From Nannocystis bainbridge (GTDB lineage: Bacteria; Myxococcota_A; Polyangia; Nannocystales; Nannocystaceae): 64,000 bases of DNA. The translations under genes were made by a program, and so were the position numbers. The notes under the pieces were generated by a model, which saw only the letters and a program-made list of their open reading frames with translations, was not told the origin of the DNA and ran no database searches. Positions 61,197-64,000 of this stretch are shown here, one piece after another (within the stretch, counting starts at the first letter, position 1; each line of letters begins with the position of its first letter). The stretch lies in assembly GCF_028368995.1 (NCBI RefSeq), contig NZ_JAQNDL010000001.1, positions 928,001-992,000 of the forward strand. Direction: 5' to 3'.

Positions 61197-61820
61197 TCAG
61201 CCTAGCAGATCTGCGCTGCCCCGGACCACACCGCCGGCTGCACGCACCGCGTCCAGCGCGGCCGCCACGTCCCCCGGCTGCAGCTCGACCCCGCGGCAGC
61301 CGTCCTCGACCAGAGTGGTCGTGAGCCCCAGCGACAGGGCGTCGAGCGCCGTGAACTTCACGCAGTAATCGGTGGCGAGCCCGAGCACCACCGCCTCCAC
61401 GACCGCGCGCGCCCGCAGGAACTCGCCGAGCCCCGTCGAGCGCCGGCGGCCGTTGTCGAAGAACCCGCTGTACGAATCGACCGCCGGATCGACCCCCTTG
61501 ACGAACACGTGCGCCTCCGGCCCCAGCCGCAGCCCGTCCGCGAATTCGGCCCCCGGCGTGCCCTGCACGCAGTGCATCGGCCACAGCACCTGCTGCAGCC
61601 CCGCCAGCGTCACCACCTCGCCCGGCGTGCGGCCCGGGTGATTGGCGGCGAAGCTGCCGTGCTCCGGCGGGTGCCAGTCCTGCGTCGCCACCACCAGCGG
61701 GAACCTCGGCATCAGCGCGTTCGCCACCGCGATCACGCGATCGCCCTCCGGCACCGCCAGCGCCCCACCCGGCAAAAAATCGTTCTGGATGTCGACCAGG
61801 ATCAGCGCCCGCATCCTCAC
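61197..61820 (-). CDS. pncA: Nicotinamidase/pyrazinamidase
   Basis: VDIQNDF, QDWHP, WP.HC, KG, GLATDYCV. Confidence 0.95.
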   Translation of the reverse strand: MRMRALILVDIQNDFLPGGALAVPEGDRVIAVANALMPRFPLVVATQDWHPPEHGSFAANHPGRTPGEVVTLAGLQQVLWPMHCVQGTPGAEFADGLRLGPEAHVFVKGVDPAVDSYSGFFDNGRRRSTGLGEFLRARAVVEAVVLGLATDYCVKFTALDALSLGLTTTLVEDGCRGVELQPGDVAAALDAVRAAGGVVRGSADLLG

Positions 61821-63258
61821 CGCTCCCTCCGCGCCTCGGCCATCAACCTGGCCTTCAGGTCAGCCAGCGGTCGGTCGAGCGCGACCGGATAGCTCGCCGG
61901 CGCGTCGAACCGCCGCACCGCCGGATCGAGCCGCTGCAGCTGCGCCTGCGTCCGCGCCCGCACCTCGTCGAGCGGCGGCGGCAGGTAGACCGGCGCCCCG
62001 CCGCGCAGCACCGGCACCAGCAGGTCCTCGACGCTCGCCCCCGCCGGCGGCGCGAACTCCCCGGCCGCGTCGACCCGCGCGCCCGCGCCGTGCAGCCCGA
62101 GCCCCTCCTCGTAGATCAGATCGCCGAGCAGACGTCCCGCCGGATCGGCGTGGCGCCGCACCTGCTGCACGCCCGGGTTCGACACCTTGACTGGCTCTTC
62201 GGACAGCTTGATCCGGTACTCCCAGCCCGCCGGCCCGCGCAGCGCCGCCAGCTTGTACACCCCGCCCAGCGCCGGCTGGTCGTACGCCGTCACCAGGCGC
62301 GTGCCCACGCCCCACACGCCGATCGCCGCGCCCCTGGCCTTGAGCGCCGCGATCTCGCGCTCGTCGAGGTCGTTGCTGGCGACGATGGCGGCCTGCTCGA
62401 GCCCGGCGTCGTCGAGGATCTCGCGGGCCGCGCGCTGAGCGCCGCGAGGTCGCCGGAGTCGAGGCGCACCCCCGCCATCGCGTGCCCACGCGCCGCCAGC
62501 TGCTTACCGACCTCGGCCGCGCGCCGCACCCCCTCGATCGTGTCGTAGGTGTCGACCAGGAACGTGCAGTTGTTCGGCAGCGCCTCGGCGTAGCTGGCGA
62601 ACGCCTCGCGCTCGTCGGCGAACGACATCACCCAGCTGTGCGCGTGCGTGCCCCGGACCGGGATCCCGTAGCGCATGCCGGCGAGCACGTTCGAGGTCGC
62701 CGCGCACCCGCCGATGTACGCCGCGCGCGAGGCCGTCAGCGCCCCGTCGCTGCCCTGCGCCCGCCGCAGCCCGAACTCGACCACCGGATCGCCGCCCGCC
62801 GCCTCGCAGATGCGCGCCGATTTGGTGGCGATCAGCGTCGAGAAGTTGATGAAGTTGAGCAGCGGTGTCTCGAGCAACTGACACTGCGCCAGCGGCCCGC
62901 GCACCCGCAGCAGCGGCTCGTGGGGGAACACCGGCGTCCCCTCCGGCACCGCCTCGACGTCGAGCGTCAGCTTCAGCGCCCCCAGATATTCCAGGAACCC
63001 GGGCTCGAGCAGCCGCCGGCCGTCGTTGCCGCGCAGCGTCGCCAGGTAGGCCAGGTCCTCCGGCGTGAACCGGAACTCGGCCATGTACTGCAGCGCGTCC
63101 TGCAGCCCGGCCGCGATCGCATAGCCGCCGCGGAACGGCGACCGGCGAAAGAACAGGTTGAACACCGCCTCTTCGTCCGCGCGCCCCAGCTTCCAGTAGC
63201 CGCAGGCCATCGAGACTTGGTAGAGGTCCGTAAGCAGCGCCAGCGAGCCGCGCAACAC
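61817..63258 (-). pseudogene. pncB: Nicotinate phosphoribosyltransferase with a 1-bp frameshift near 62430
   Basis: [31 protein letters not shown] in one frame; ASNDLDE, GVGT, YKL in another. Confidence 0.85.
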
Positions 63259-63365
63259 GTCGCTGGGGGTAGCGCGCCGGCCCTGCCCGCGTCAAGGCGC
63301 GCGCGCTGCCGATCGCTCGCGCGTCAATGCGCGCCTCGCATCACCGCGCGATCGCGCGGATGACG

Positions 63366-64000
63366 TCATCGCGCCTCGCCGAGCACCGCCGCGCGCGGAC
63401 GCAGGGGCGCGCGCGCGTCGAGCAGCGCCGTGCAGCCCGGCCCCGGTCCGCCCGTCGACGCGTCGGTGTTGTCGATCGAGCCCTCGGCGTCGAGCATCAC
63501 GCAGCGCGGCTCCTCGCAGTGATCGAGCCCGAGCACGTGCCCGACCTCGTGCACCGCCGTGTTCGTGACCCGCCACGCGACCAGCCGCGGATCCTTCGTC
63601 TTGCGCCACAGCCGATGCCCCGAGACCACCGCCGCGGTCCCGCCGAGCTCGCCGAGCCCGAACACGCCCCAGTCGACGATCTTGCCCTTGCTCGTCGAGA
63701 TGTCGACCGACGTGAGCCCGAGCACCCGCGTCCCGCGCGGCATCGCGGCCACCTGTTGGCCCAGGTGCTCCAACAACACATCGGCCCGGTAGCGCCGCCG
63801 CGGCGCGTACCAGGCCGACTTCGGCAGTGCGATCGGCGAGGCGCGCTGCACCTCCACCTGATACGTCGAGCGCAGCGCCGCCTCGATGCCGTCGACGAGC
63901 TCCGCCGGAAATTCTCCCAATACGACCAGCACCACCACCGCCCGGATCTGCGGCTGCTGCACGCTCGCAGCGACATCTCCAGGGATCTCTGCAGCGAGCG
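63366..64000 (-). CDS. Archaemetzincin-like Zn metalloprotease (M54), probably 5'-truncated by the window end
   Basis: HEVGHVLGLDHC..CVM; VFGLG. Confidence 0.85.
   Translation of the reverse strand, partial: LAAEIPGDVAASVQQPQIRAVVVLVVLGEFPAELVDGIEAALRSTYQVEVQRASPIALPKSAWYAPRRRYRADVLLEHLGQQVAAMPRGTRVLGLTSVDISTSKGKIVDWGVFGLGELGGTAAVVSGHRLWRKTKDPRLVAWRVTNTAVHEVGHVLGLDHCEEPRCVMLDAEGSIDNTDASTGGPGPGCTALLDARAPLRPRAAVLGEAR

Overview
GC-rich bacterial chromosomal segment, inferred to be myxobacterial and Nannocystis-like from its Thr-rich lipoproteins, CGDG..CDD Cys-rich repeats and ECF/anti-sigma modules. It holds about 59 CDS, and I saw no rRNA, tRNA, CRISPR or transposase. Core genes are bioB, pdhABC, acnA, fhs, pncA and pncB (frameshifted). 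Other modules are a stressosome-like locus (RsbR x2, RsbS, RsbT-like x3, RsbX, with one RsbT domain fused to a PAS histidine kinase), an ECF41/CMD pair, an XRE-SDR-QueA-like unit, an ABC/M1-peptidase pair and many secreted lipoproteins. The main unexplained signal is a dispersed element: a degenerate palindromic octamer GACATGTC repeated at an exact 14-bp period (8-bp core + variable 6-bp spacer) in about 30 clusters of 2-8 units. It occupies 9 of the 11 convergent gene junctions and is also embedded in frame in linker or loop regions of several proteins. Further highlights are a lipoprotein with three pacifastin-pattern domains and a BioB with non-canonical auxiliary-cluster ligands. All calls come from manual motif reading; no database search was run.
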